A stretch of 64,000 nucleotides of DNA, taken from assembly GCA_964304625.1 (NCBI GenBank), contig OZ199838.1, forward strand, positions 5,294,145-5,358,144. The letters run 5' to 3'. The position numbers and the translations under genes are program-made. Each line of letters opens with the position of its first letter. Positions within the stretch are counted from its first letter, which is position 1. The notes beneath the pieces are model-generated. The model was not told where the DNA came from and searched no databases. It saw only the letters and a list, made by a program, of their open reading frames with translations. This document shows, piece by piece, positions 12,778-25,037 of the stretch. Source of the DNA: Kudoa neothunni (taxonomy: Eukaryota; Animalia; Cnidaria).

Positions 12778-15700
12778 ATGAGAGAAATTATTCACATTCA
12801 AGCTGGTCAATGCGGAAACCAAATCGGTTCTAAAGTAACTGTTATTTCGATTTCTTCTTCACTTTAAAATGAACGTTTGTTAAAAATATTATTCCAATGG
12901 TTATCTAGTTTTGGGAGGCTGTCCTATCGGAACATGGCATAAATTATGATGGTTTATATGAAGGAAAAAGCCGAACACAGAAGGAGCGTTTATCCGTTTA
13001 TTTTTCTGAGGCTGTAGGTACGTACAATGGTTTATTTTTGCTATATCTCAGATTACTGTATGAATATATTTTTCTTTAGCCAACCATTATGTGCCAAGAT
13101 CAATCAATGTGGATTTGGAACCAGGCTGCCTCGAGTCAATAAGAAACGGAAAATTGGGTCAAGTGTTTAGACCGGACAACTTTGTCAACGCTGGAACTGG
13201 AGCTGGAAACAACTGGGCAAAAGGATTCTACACCGAAGGAGCCGAACTTGTTGAGAGTGTCATTGATGTGATAAGAAAAGAAGCCGAAAACTGTGACTGT
13301 CTTCAAGGTTTCCAATTGACTCACTCTCTTGGTGGTGGTACTGGTAGCGGTTTTGGAACATTGTTGGTGTCAAAGATCCACGAGGAGTACCCTGATAGAA
13401 TAATGAGTTCATTTTCTATTCTTCCTTCACCTAAGGTAATATTCATCTTGATCAAATTCGACTACTTGACAAACACTACAATATAACAACATTTTGATAA
13501 AGTTTTATGATGAGTGATAATTATGAGGTAAAATTTGAATGGGTTTACACGAAAATTATGATCGTCACATGGCATAATATCAATCGGAATTATTCCCAAA
13601 ACCTATTCGAATCTAAACCCATATCTATAATTCGTAAAGATTAACACCTAACTAATAGAAAACTATTCGTCACAGTTAAACTAGTATACAGTTTAAAACG
13701 TTTTTATAAATTTACTTTTGTATTTTTGTTAATTTTATCGTATATTTTTTTAAATTCATTAAAGAGAATTTTTGATTAAATGGCCGTGTTTATTAACCCA
13801 TTAAGGTTTGTTGGATCCTTTTGAGCCCCTGTTTAGGTGCCGTCTATAGAATTTAATATTGCGACTATTAACTAGTTAATTTCCATATAAATATATATGT
13901 GGTTCTATTATTTAAAAATGATTTGTAAAGTTAGTTATGAATTCTAAACATTTTAATTTACATCTCTTTTCATCGGCCAGTACAGTTGCGTATAATAGAA
14001 CCATAACATAGGCTATACATCCGAAAAAATTTTTAATTTTTATTTGTTCTCTTAAAACATATTGCCATTTAACCGTCTAAGTACCTGTAATAGAAAATAA
14101 TACATAAATACCAGTTAATATTCACGTTACAATAGTGGACCGAAAAGGGAACGATAAACCCTCGAGACATGCAGATGCTAAGTGGGGTTAACATGGCTGA
14201 CATTACTGAGTACATTAAACTAAGTGAAGCAATCTGTGAACTTAACGAAGATACTTTTGAAGAAGTTCCAGATATTGTAGCGCTTCCTCCAGATAATGTT
14301 GACGCCCTTACTGACTTGGAAGATAACTTATTTCCCATACAAGATAATATATTGGAAAATGACGACATCCCCGATGTTTCTGGGCGTGTCCAATTGTTTA
14401 AACTTCAAAAGCTAGAAACCAAAAGTGTTGTCAAATACAGTAATGTTAAATGGGAAAAGGTTTTACCAACCAATTCCTCCGAAATAGTTAATAAATCTAT
14501 CTCGAAACCCTTGATAGACGACGCATATAAAGGTAGATATCTTTCAAAATTAATTTGTATGATTTTTAGGTTCATTTGAAACGTTCAAAAAATTTTTGGA
14601 TGACAGCGTTCTGTTGCACATTGTAAAACAGTCGAATTTGTATGCTCGACAGAAGAATAACCACTCTTTCAATCTAACTGTGTCTGATTGAAGACCTTCA
14701 TTGGGATTTTAATTCTCTCAGGTTATCATATTCTACCAAGCCAAAAAATATATTGGGAGACGAATGAAGATTCCGGAGTTACTATTGTAAAAAAAGCTAT
14801 GACACCTACAAGATTTAAAGAAATAAAAAGATATATCCATTTCAACAATAACGATTGTATCGATAAATCCGATAAGTTATTTAAGATCAGGCCTTTAGTA
14901 GAAAAACTAAACCAAAACTTCAAATCATTCGGGTTCTTTGAAAAAATTTTATCCATAGACGAACAAATGGTACCGTATTATGGAATGCATTCGGCCAAGA
15001 GGTTTCTAAAGGGCAAGCCTGTTCGATTCGGTTTTAAACTTTGGATAATGGCTAGCAAAGATGGTTACATTACAGTTTTAAAATCTATTGTGGAAAACAA
15101 GAAACTAATAAAACCTATGACGGCTTAGGTGAAAGTGTGGTAATGAATTTTGTCGAGGAAATTGGTGATACCTCTGAGGTTGAAGTTTACTTTGACAATT
15201 TTTTCTCTTCGTACAGATTATTTAAACTTCTACAAGAAAACAAAGTAAATGCTACCGGTACAATTAGACTGAACCGGACAAATCGATGTCCACTTCAGCC
15301 ACCAAAACAGTTTTCCAAATTGCCAAGGGGGTGCTTTTGAAGTTTATAGTGATAAACAGGGTGTTTTTTTGTGTTCAATGGAATGACACAAAACCAGTGA
15401 TACTGATGAGTAATTTTATGTCCTGTTTTCCTATTGGATCAGCTAAAAGATTCTCAAAAAAAGAAAAAAAATACATTAACATAACACAGCCAAAGATTGT
15501 TAGTGATTACAATGCGAATATGGGAGGTGTCGATCTAGCTGACAACGCGATTGCAAACTATGGAATCAAAATAAAGGATAAACAATGGTACTGGGCCATT
15601 ATTCACTAATCTTATTTCCATGTGTATCACCAATTCATAGAAAATAATACGCCATTTTAATGACCCTACAATAACATTGATTCAACAAGCACGCGAAATT

Positions 15701-17019
15701 GTTGCCAATCTAATAACTCCACAACGGGATTTAATTATGAGGAAGAGGTCTCGATTGCAGTTGAATATTTCAATGAATATGTGTTCTGGAGTCGTACTTG
15801 TGAGTGGTGCCAACAAAAGACGACTCAGATGTGTTGTGTGCCACAAGAAAACATACCTTTATTGGTGAGGGGTGTTCATCGAGACTTCATCTTAAATGTT
15901 CAAATACTTTTCATTCGGATAAATATATTTAAAAAAACTTGATTAATAAATTATATATTTGTGTTTTATTTTACGCATGCACTTTCTCGGGAGTTTATTG
16001 GGTCCTTTTTGGCCCTTCAGAAAATTTGTTGTGTATCTCTCAGCTTTGTCATAATTTTAAAAATTTAAGATTATTTAGGCATTTTTTGAAAAATACTTAA
16101 CAGATTATTTTTTTATAATTTTTAAATGGTAGAATTTTAATGGGTTAATGAGATCAATAAACGTTGCTTTTATAGGTGTCGGACACTGTGGTAGAACCCT
16201 ACAACGCAACACTTTCATTGCACCAACTTATTGAAAATACTGATGAGACTTACTGCATTGATAACGAGGCACTATATGATATTTGTAGCAGAACTCTCAA
16301 AATAAACAACCCAACATACTGCGACCTCCAACGCAATAGTTTCTCAAACAATGAGCGGCATTACTACATGTTTGCGTTTCCCCGGGCAGGTAAGATTAGA
16401 TCCTAAGAATAATCCACTTGATCGATGATTCTTACCTAAGTTGTCTTTATTATAGCTTAATGCCGATTTGAGAAAGCTTGCAGTGAACATGGTCCCCATT
16501 CCCCAAGACTACATTTCTTTATAACTTCTATTGCGCCACTCAACCAACCAAGCGAAAGTCAATACAGATCGCTAACTGTGAGTGAACTCACCCAACAACT
16601 ATTCGAATCTAAAAACACCATGGCTGCATGTGATCCACGCCTTGGAAAATATCTCACAGTGGCATCCATTTTCAGAGGAGCAATCTCGATGAAAGATGTA
16701 GAAGATCAAATGTTCAATTTCCAGAACAAAAACAGTTCTCTATTTGTCGAATGGATTCCAAACAACGTAAAGACTGCAGTCTGTGACATTGCTCCAGAAG
16801 GTTACCAAATCAGTGGAACTTTCATCGGGAAACAGCACTTCAGTTCAAGACCTTTTCAAGCGTATTGGTGATCAATTCATCGCCATGTACAACCGAAAAG
16901 CTTTTATGCATTGGTACACCGGTGAAGGTATGGACGATGGCGAATTCGCTGAAGCTTTCAACAACCTGAAAGATCTTATTCATGAATACCAACAATATCA
17001 AGAAGCTGAAGCTAACTAA
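12778..17019 (+). CDS. TUBB: Divergent beta-tubulin, 5 exons, with four apparent 1-bp insertions and no acidic C-terminal tail
   Basis: [56 protein letters not shown] and [14 protein letters not shown]. Intron 3 is 13436-16175. Confidence 0.95.
13797..16144 (+). mobile_element. piggyBac transposon with decayed transposase, inserted in beta-tubulin intron 3
   Basis: TTAA TSD at 13793-13796 and 16145-16148; TIR cccattaa/ttaatggg. DDD motifs [20 protein letters not shown] and [12 protein letters not shown], plus Cys-rich tail RCVVCHKK. Several frameshifts and stops. Confidence 0.92.
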
Positions 17020-17959
17020 GGTGAACCGTATCGTCGCTTAATTATATATTCGTAATCATCTACAACTATTCTAGTGAAATTGTTAGTTTTGAAGCTATTC
17101 ATTGTTATTTTTTGCTGGCTGCCTTAACGAGAGATCAATACAATTTGGAATATAAGTACAATATCGTAATTTATTATAAATAATTAATATAATCAAATTA
17201 TTATTATGATGATTTTCAAGACGTTTCTCAACTAGTTTTATTTTTGATATTTAACCTTTTCGAGTCCAGTGTATATTTGGAGAAGAAAGGAGAATTGGAA
17301 GTAGATATTGGCACGTGAAATAATATTCAGGTGCCGCTAGTTTTGTTAATATTTAATTATTGATGGCCTCTAACATCAATGCGGTGGGTCGGAAATAATT
17401 AAATATAGCGAATTCTAAAAAATTAAATCTTTAAACAACTTGTAAATAGGAGTTGGTGAGATTAAAAATTCCCACTGCGCAAGCGTACATGCCGTTTAAA
17501 TTTACATTATTGAGTAAGAGGAATATAAACATAAATGTTTATCTGAAAGAATTAGTTTTGATTTAATGGTGGACTTTCAAATTGTTTATTTAACAATGAA
17601 TAAAAGAGGAGCTCAAAATATGTAAAAAAATTTTAAAGTCCAAATTTCAACGCAAATAACTTTATTGTTAACTTACAAATGAAGTCTTCGATTAAAGTCA
17701 ATTCTGATCGATTCATGCCAACGAATTAGACTAGAATAACCGGCTAATGTTTGTTTAATCGAAAACGTTGATATTGGTCGAAAGGGCATGTTTGACAATG
17801 GATAGTTGATGGTGTGGATTGACTAATTGTTTGATGAAATAGGGTGATTAGAAACTATTGAATATTTACGATTCTGTAACCATTACAAAATAACGTTGCG
17901 GATGAAACAAACCCGGATACTAGAACATTTTAACTCGCAGTAATACATCTTTCAAATCC

Positions 17960-19330
17960 AATTCAAATGAAAACGATGTGAAACTGGTTAAAATAATGGT
18001 TTTTGATGGCTATACATTATTTTGATAAATAAAGAGAATAATTTAAAGAGATTCGTTCTGAATACTGTCTATTGTCAGAGTCATTATCTGATGAAAACCA
18101 CCTAATTGAAAAGCATCATCCCATTATATTTAAAGATTCCGTTAAATATAATAAACTATTGCAGGCCAATTTACGTTCCGGTTTAATAATTGATGAATAC
18201 GACGATGCGAAGAGTCGACGCATTCCCAATATTTTGACCTGTTTTTTACGACAGCTCTTAGATGGCCAAACAAATTATGCTCGCTTCAGCTCGAATCATT
18301 CAGTATAATGCTTCAATTGCTGCCAATCATGTATGTGGTATAATGAAACAATATGGTTTAAATTGGAATAATTGCGTTGCTGTGATTTCTGATTTGACTT
18401 AATATATTAAAAAATATTAGACAAATTTAAAGATTATTTATTGCCATATTGTACGAATTTCACGTTTATCACCTATCCATGGTGCTATTCAAAAGCAATT
18501 GATCTTTATTGTTGTGAAGAAATTTTGTATGAAACTATCACTGAAAGATAGAAAAACAATGTTGTTTTTCGTTCATCTCAAAAAATCGATCACGAAAAAA
18601 ATAAAAGAATCTCCAAGAATTTTTATATACGTCATTATAGTTTCTTTTATTGCTTAAGGCAAGTTGAAAAATATTATTTAGCAGTTGGCGATTTTTTAAA
18701 GAGCACTAAAAGTGAAAAATTTGTTGAGGGACTTAACGAATTTTTACAGGTACAATCGGATAGTCGTAATACGCTTTACTTCTCTATAAAATCTGTAATT
18801 TATGTCTTTACTCCATTGCTTGATTTCTCCCAAATGATAAAGGAAAATGAGAATTGTATATCGGGGATTGCAGATTGGATAAAAGGTGGCTTTAAAATCG
18901 AGAGAGATACTTTGATTAGAAAACAAAGAAGTTATTGACATTGTTCCATTTGAATCAAGAAACAATTTAATTTTTAGGTGTTGTAGTTTATATGATGCAA
19001 TATACGGAAAAATAAATCATTAAACACTAAAAAATTTGAGGTAAATTTTTTAACAGGCAAAATATGTTGATTCAGGCACTCCAATTACAATTGAAAAATT
19101 AGGTGTTTATCACCTGTTACTTTTAAACAGGGTAGAGATAAGATTTATCTTAAAAATGATTACAATGTCTTGTATAAAATGATCAAATATTTAACACAGC
19201 CATTCAATATTGAGTACTGAAATAAACTATTATTTGTTTTTCTAACTCTTTCGGGACTTTGTCAAGATATATTAACGCTACCAGTTTCCTTCATTGATAT
19301 TGAGTTGAGTTTCTCAAAATTACGATGTTT
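17960..19330 (+). pseudogene. Highly decayed hAT-type transposase related to the copy at 39591-40944
   Basis: Fragment YGLNWNNCVAVISD (about 18350-18395) parallels ISWENCMAIVSD. Fragment PVSFIDIELSFSKL (about 19281-19322) parallels PSPSISVERSFSKL. Many stops. Confidence 0.6.
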
Positions 19331-19766
19331 ATTTGAAAAAATATCAATTTATGGGATAAGTCCCTTGTAATGCCTAAATAACCAACTTTAGCGGGGTATT
19401 ATAAATAATAATTAGAACTGCTCAATTTATGCTTTTTTTAATACAAGTCGATCAAACGGAATTCAAAAATTTTATTTCGATCGACGAAAACACCAATTTG
19501 TAAAAAAAAAATGAATAATGAAGATTTCCAATCCTATTTTTAAATCACTTTTACAAAATTCTTAATATGTAATAAGAATTCACTAATAAAAAATTAATCA
19601 ACATAAGACAACTTTGAATACGTACATAAATTTTTCTTGTTCAAAAAATATAAACAATTTCCTATTAGTTTTTGTTCATCAATCCAAAATCTAATTAAAG
19701 TATTTAACAAACTTTATTAAAAACTTAATTTAACCGCATAAAAAATATATAAACTAAAAACATATA

Positions 19767-20500
19767 CAGTAATGGATCGGTCTTACATAATCCCCTTGGA
19801 GATGAGTAAATTGTACGTATTACCTGTCCCGGCCGGATGGATAGTACGTATTTTTTTCGCAAGCGAACAAGAAATATTAAAACCCAAAACTAGCTATAAT
19901 ATAAATATTAATGAAAAGACAATTATTTTTTTTGTTTAAAAGTACGATTAAAAATGAATAAACATCTGGAATAGAATCAGACATTAACTCCCACTTTTTG
20001 GAGTCATGATGTTTAAAATAGTTGCCAAGCTCTTCAAAATAAAATAAGATCATCTCTGAATGGCTCAATTTTGTATCAATACAATAATTATCCGTTTCTG
20101 AATTATTGGGGAGGAATTGTCATTGCACCATTGTTATTTCTAGGAATTAGAGAGAACATCATTATAGACCACACTACCATGTGTCTACAACATGCGTCAA
20201 TGTTTATCCTTCATTTTTAACCTAGATACCACATTGGTATAACTATAAAAACTTACGAATTGTTTAATCGTTATAAAAAAAGAAAGAAAACGCTTAATTT
20301 AATCACGCGGTCAAAGAAAAACGATAGATACGACCGATCCTCACGTGACTCTTTGTTCTTCGCTTTTGCCTAATACTTATGCTTATAAATTATTTAAAGT
20401 GAGCAATAATAATATTAAATCATTTTTGAAATCCTTTCAAATACGAGAGAACGTTTTAATACGTAAAATAATTAATGTACGTACGACCGGTCCATTATTG
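19767..20500. mobile_element. Non-autonomous Tc1/mariner-type element
   Basis: TA TSD at 19765-19766 and 20501-20502. TIR of about 23 bp: cagtaatggatcggtcttacata versus the reverse complement caataatggaccggtcgtacgta. Confidence 0.75.
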
Positions 20501-21199
20501 TATATTCTATCTTAATATTTATGGAGTAGCCTATTTATTTGTTGTAAACGAAAAATATATGTTGATGAGTCGAAGTCTAGTACATTAAAGTGGGAATTAT
20601 TACAATCAGATAATAATCCATTAATTTTTCGCCAGATTATAGTGTGTATTTTAAATCTAATCTTGCCCTTATATAAAAAGTTTTATTTGTTTATTCGTCT
20701 GGGTTAGTTTCAAAATTCGTTCAATATAACTTTCATGAAAATGATTAAAGTCTGTTATTCGCAATTATCATCAGCTTAAAAGACCCCAGAGAGTGCGGAA
20801 TTCAACGCTTTATTATCCTCACCTCCACTCAACGTTAACACGCATATTAATTAGCTGATTATGTTGTATGTAACATTTTTTATCTTATTGGATATTCATT
20901 TTTCCACATGAGATTAACTACTCATTAAATTACAATTTCATCCAATAGCCATAATACTTTAAATATAATTTAAATATAAACAGTTAGTTTTACTATTTAT
21001 GTAATAAAATTCATGATACATCTAAATCGTCTGATTTAGGCTAATTTTTATTATTATTTGCAAATTAAATATTTAAAAGGGAAACTTCAAAGATCTGGCA
21101 AAAATAGCGTAATCTATCCTTTTGAATGACAAAATAATTCAAAGTAATATTGTAAGACTCATGTACTTCAACAACTGCTATGAAAAACGTTTGTTAATT

Positions 21200-22250
21200 C
21201 ACCAATCAGTAAAATTAATTTTTTTATTCCAGTGTCCAGAAGGCGAATAAAAGAAAATGATTCTTAATAATCAGACATTTTTTAAATATAATAGTTATAA
21301 GACCTCACAAATGAGCTATAAACAATCTACACCATCCAGAATCTTAGTACCATGTTTATTTAAAGTCTTCTAATTAGGTAAAATACGCCGGATCATTTTA
21401 AATGGGAATAATTTTAACATTAGAAAAAATAAGATCAAACAAAAAATCGTTTTTGTAGAGAAACGTCGAATCTAATTTATTTCTGTGAGCCTTATATAAA
21501 TCTGTAACGGATGACACGCGTCAACCGGATTTAGATTAGTGATATCTAGGTAGATTACTTTTCGAGTATATTTTATCATGGCTTCTCCTATCGACAGCGC
21601 AACTAACTCCACCGTTACAAAATCGAAATATTGAATTCAACAAAATATAGCTATAAATGAAATAACAAGAGGTTTTACTAGTTCAACGTTTTTCCTGCGC
21701 TTGCGCATGCAGTTTAAAAGGGTTGCGTAAGTTCCAGCCAATGCGTAACAATTATAAAGTGCCGAACTACGAATTTTGGAGATTATAACTCATACTGTAA
21801 TATTCTTCCTCGTATATCATCATTAATATATTCACATAAAATATTATTCATACACTCGATATTTTACGATGTGCCATGGTATAATTCATCAAATAAGAAC
21901 TCCTCCGGATATATCGATAATGATTGACGATATATTTTATACGACATAAAATTATTTATTTTTTATTGATATCACGAAAATTTCTTAAGCATTGAAGAGA
22001 AATCCGGTCGATTGACACGGATTAAAGCTGACAATTTATGATGTTAAAAACCAGATTGTAATAACCCATTAGAATTATTTTATTAGCTTTGATTGATTTA
22101 TTTTTACGATAAATTATTTATTTTTTACCTCTGTGAGAAAAATAACGAGAAAGTTATTTGGTGACTTCAAATGGACATTTCTGTTCAGTTATATAATCCC
22201 ATAAGCCGCCGGATATTCTCTTTTCGGTTGTCGTAACTTGGTCCAACCTA
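21200..22250 (-). CDS. Probable multi-exon gene of unknown function (ends not resolved)
   Basis: Series of open, AG/GT-bounded segments: ISKIRSSALYNCYALAGTYATLLNCMRKRR, YILLNSIFRFCNGGVSCAVDRRSHDKIYSK, NLYKAHRNKLDSTFLYKNDFLFDLIFSN and KTLNKHGTKILDGRLFIAH. The last three join in frame. Confidence 0.45.
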
Positions 22251-22641
22251 GTCGACAGAACGTATAATCAATAGAACAACGACAGAGGACGATTCCAAAA
22301 TGTTACATTAAGTTTGAAAGTGTATATATAAATATAAAGAGTAATATTATTGAGAGAAACGAATGGACTTAATAATCACCACTAAATTTGACCAGATTAT
22401 CTGAAAAATTACAACATTCCATGGTTGTTGATCCGAAATAAATTATATATTAAAAATCCGTCACTCATCGCCCATATTATTACATTAAATTATATATGAG
22501 TTACCAATATAAAGCTGTGTTGAAAACTGGGCATAAAAAATAATCCGCAAGGATTAATCAATAATTGGTGCTGTGCGGCATCAGCGTGAGTGTGGATAGT
22601 AGTGAGTTTGTGGTTAGCTGAATTTGTTAACAGAGGTGTAA

Positions 22642-23200
22642 ATGGTTTTGAATTCATGGAAAAATTTCAAGAACTTTAAAAATATTCCACAGGACGATTC
22701 CCAATTGGATATCAACAAACCAGATACCACACAGTACGTGCAAGTTGGGCATCGACAACAATTTTTTAAGTTGAGTCATGCGAAAGAAATTTTCAAATCC
22801 TTCGATCGAAAGAAATATAATAAAATAGATGATAGGAAAATCACTGGAAAAGAAAATTCTAGCAAAAGTCGTCGGGAACAAGTTATTTAGATGTGAAATT
22901 CGCTGTTATATGATCGTGTAGTTTCAGAGAGTCAAATCTTTGGACGATAAATATTCATATGTTGTTGATGGAATCGAGTGGGAAGTTGATGCATCAATTT
23001 CAAAGAATGAAAAAACGGATCCATTTGCGCCGAATGTATTATTTGGCATTGTTTGTTTAAAGTTAATTTCAAAATAGAAACAAGGCGACAGTTTTGACGA
23101 TATTGCGGATTTCGAAAAGCCGAATTTTTGGAACAATAATGCCGCAGTTCCGTGGGATTCAATTCGAGACAATTCGAATAAATCATCTTCAAAATTTTAA
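22642..23200 (+). CDS. Unidentified 158-aa protein, 3 exons
   Basis: Exons 22642-22881, 22922-23035 and 23078-23200 are joined by two phase-0 GT-AG introns of 40 and 42 bp, giving an uninterrupted ATG-to-TAA frame. Confidence 0.7.
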
Positions 23201-23685
23201 TATCTCTTCTATAATTTATTATTTTGCATGTATTTTTGTAAATTGCTATATCACCTAACTTTTTTATTTGCAAGCTTTGTTCATTTTTTCCGCCGTTGAT
23301 TAATTTACTCGTTTTTTATTTATTTATTCATTATTTTTTTAGTGGAGATTCTATATAATTTTTATTAGGATTTAACGGAGATGTACTTAATGAAGAAGAC
23401 ACAACAATAACGTATTAAAATGATTGATGAGTGTAAAATTTTTATTACAGAATAAGAATTTTTCTAAATTAATTTTCATCCAATTCCAAATAAATCATCA
23501 TTATCAGTATACGTCCCAGTTAACTCTGGAATGGTTCTTACTAAGGGTCGTAAAAATTCAGTCGGGCCTTGTTTCAGCTATCGTGTTTCCCAAAAATAAA
23601 ACTCCAAGGTATTCTTGAGCTAGTTTTTAGTAAAGACCTGATAAAATACTCGAAATCTGGATATTTTGAATTATGTAACAAAATA

Positions 23686-24130
23686 GGCCGTGGTCAGATA
23701 GCACATCGGTGTGACACTCAGACTCAGAACCTTGAGGTAATGGGTTCGAATCCGCCAGTGATCAGGCTACTGCTTCCGTGTCGGTAGGTGTCTATCCCAT
23801 ATTTGGGAGCTGTGGTCAAAGCGTACATTCGCTGTGAAGTGGGGTGAGCGGGAATAGGAGTTTGAATCTCCGAAACCCATCGAAAGGCAAAGTAATTTGC
23901 AGTTCCCACAGATCCAGCGTCCTTAAAGGGATAGGGTTTGGGGTGGTGGTCGCCCTGAGACGAGGATGTTTAGTGGGTTAAAGTCCCACACTATCACATA
24001 AAGATAAGCGCCGGGGTTTCATGTTACGTCTTGCGGTGCCTAAAGCGTTAATGGAAGAGGTCTGACCAACCAGAATTCCACAACCTAATAAGTTGCGCCA
24101 AGGGTTTTACCTTGTAAACAAAAAAAAACA
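23686..24130 (+). mobile_element. tRNA-derived SINE-like element, copy A
   Basis: A box tagcacatcgg, B box ggttcgaatcc, GC-rich structured body and A-rich tail. The 3' 190 nt or so are homologous to the element at 58006-58513. Confidence 0.8.
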
Positions 24131-25037
24131 AACCAAATAAGAGTTTCTAAAAAGAACTATATTATTCCAATTAATAATTGAGTTACTTGAACTTTTGTTC
24201 CTCTATTACATTAAAAAACGATTTGGTGCAATAAGATGATTTGTATGTTCCTATTACTGTAGTAAATGAACTCGTGAGGCGACCTTTGTGTTTAATTCTA
24301 GATGGAAGAGCTAACTCTGAAACAAATATAAATCAATAAATAACTTATGTGAAACCTGCAATCTGATTATTTATAACGATGACATAAGTAAACTTCTGAA
24401 ATATTGTTATTCTCAACATTGTCCCAACTTGTACTAGTGTCCATTACGCAAATATTATCACGTTAAAACACCCACGCGCCTTGGAGCATCATGGAATCAA
24501 AATGTATTTATAAATTAAATATTTGAAAACAAATATTACAATTTAAACGAAAATGTTACAAATAATTGTTTAATAACAGTTATTCGTGTGACAATATTAT
24601 TTTCATATAATCAAGTAATTTCATACTTAATTAACATTATCATATCCTTCAAATTTAAGAAATACTTATACCGTATTTATAATGGTATTAAATGTTACTT
24701 TAAGTGAAATAAAACTAAAGGAATGACCTGATTAATCCTAGCAACTCTCACTAACAGTCTGTACGCCTATTTAATTTTTATATAATCTGCCATATTTAAT
24801 CATTTCTAACGTATCGCTTCACTTTTAAGAACCAGAAATAATTAAATATAGTCAAAAGTAGTCACACCTGAATATCATTTATCTTGAAAATAGCCACTTT
24901 TTATATTTTAAGAAACCAAAATTTATTACTGATTAATAAATGAAAATTAGCATACTTAAAAAAATAAAAAATTAAGTTCAAATTTTGGAGATAAAAATGG
25001 GTGAATATATGAATAAATTTATTGATGAATAGAAAAC

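Noticed and set aside
23690-23765. Functional tRNA gene (apparent CAG anticodon loop), and likewise 58435-58510
   Set aside because: The anticodon and T stems are imperfect, there is no T-run terminator, and both continue into a shared tail with poly-A. They are better explained as SINE heads.
23840-23885. Hammerhead ribozyme (stem followed by GAAA) in SINE copies A and B
   Set aside because: The required CUGANGA core is absent before the stems.
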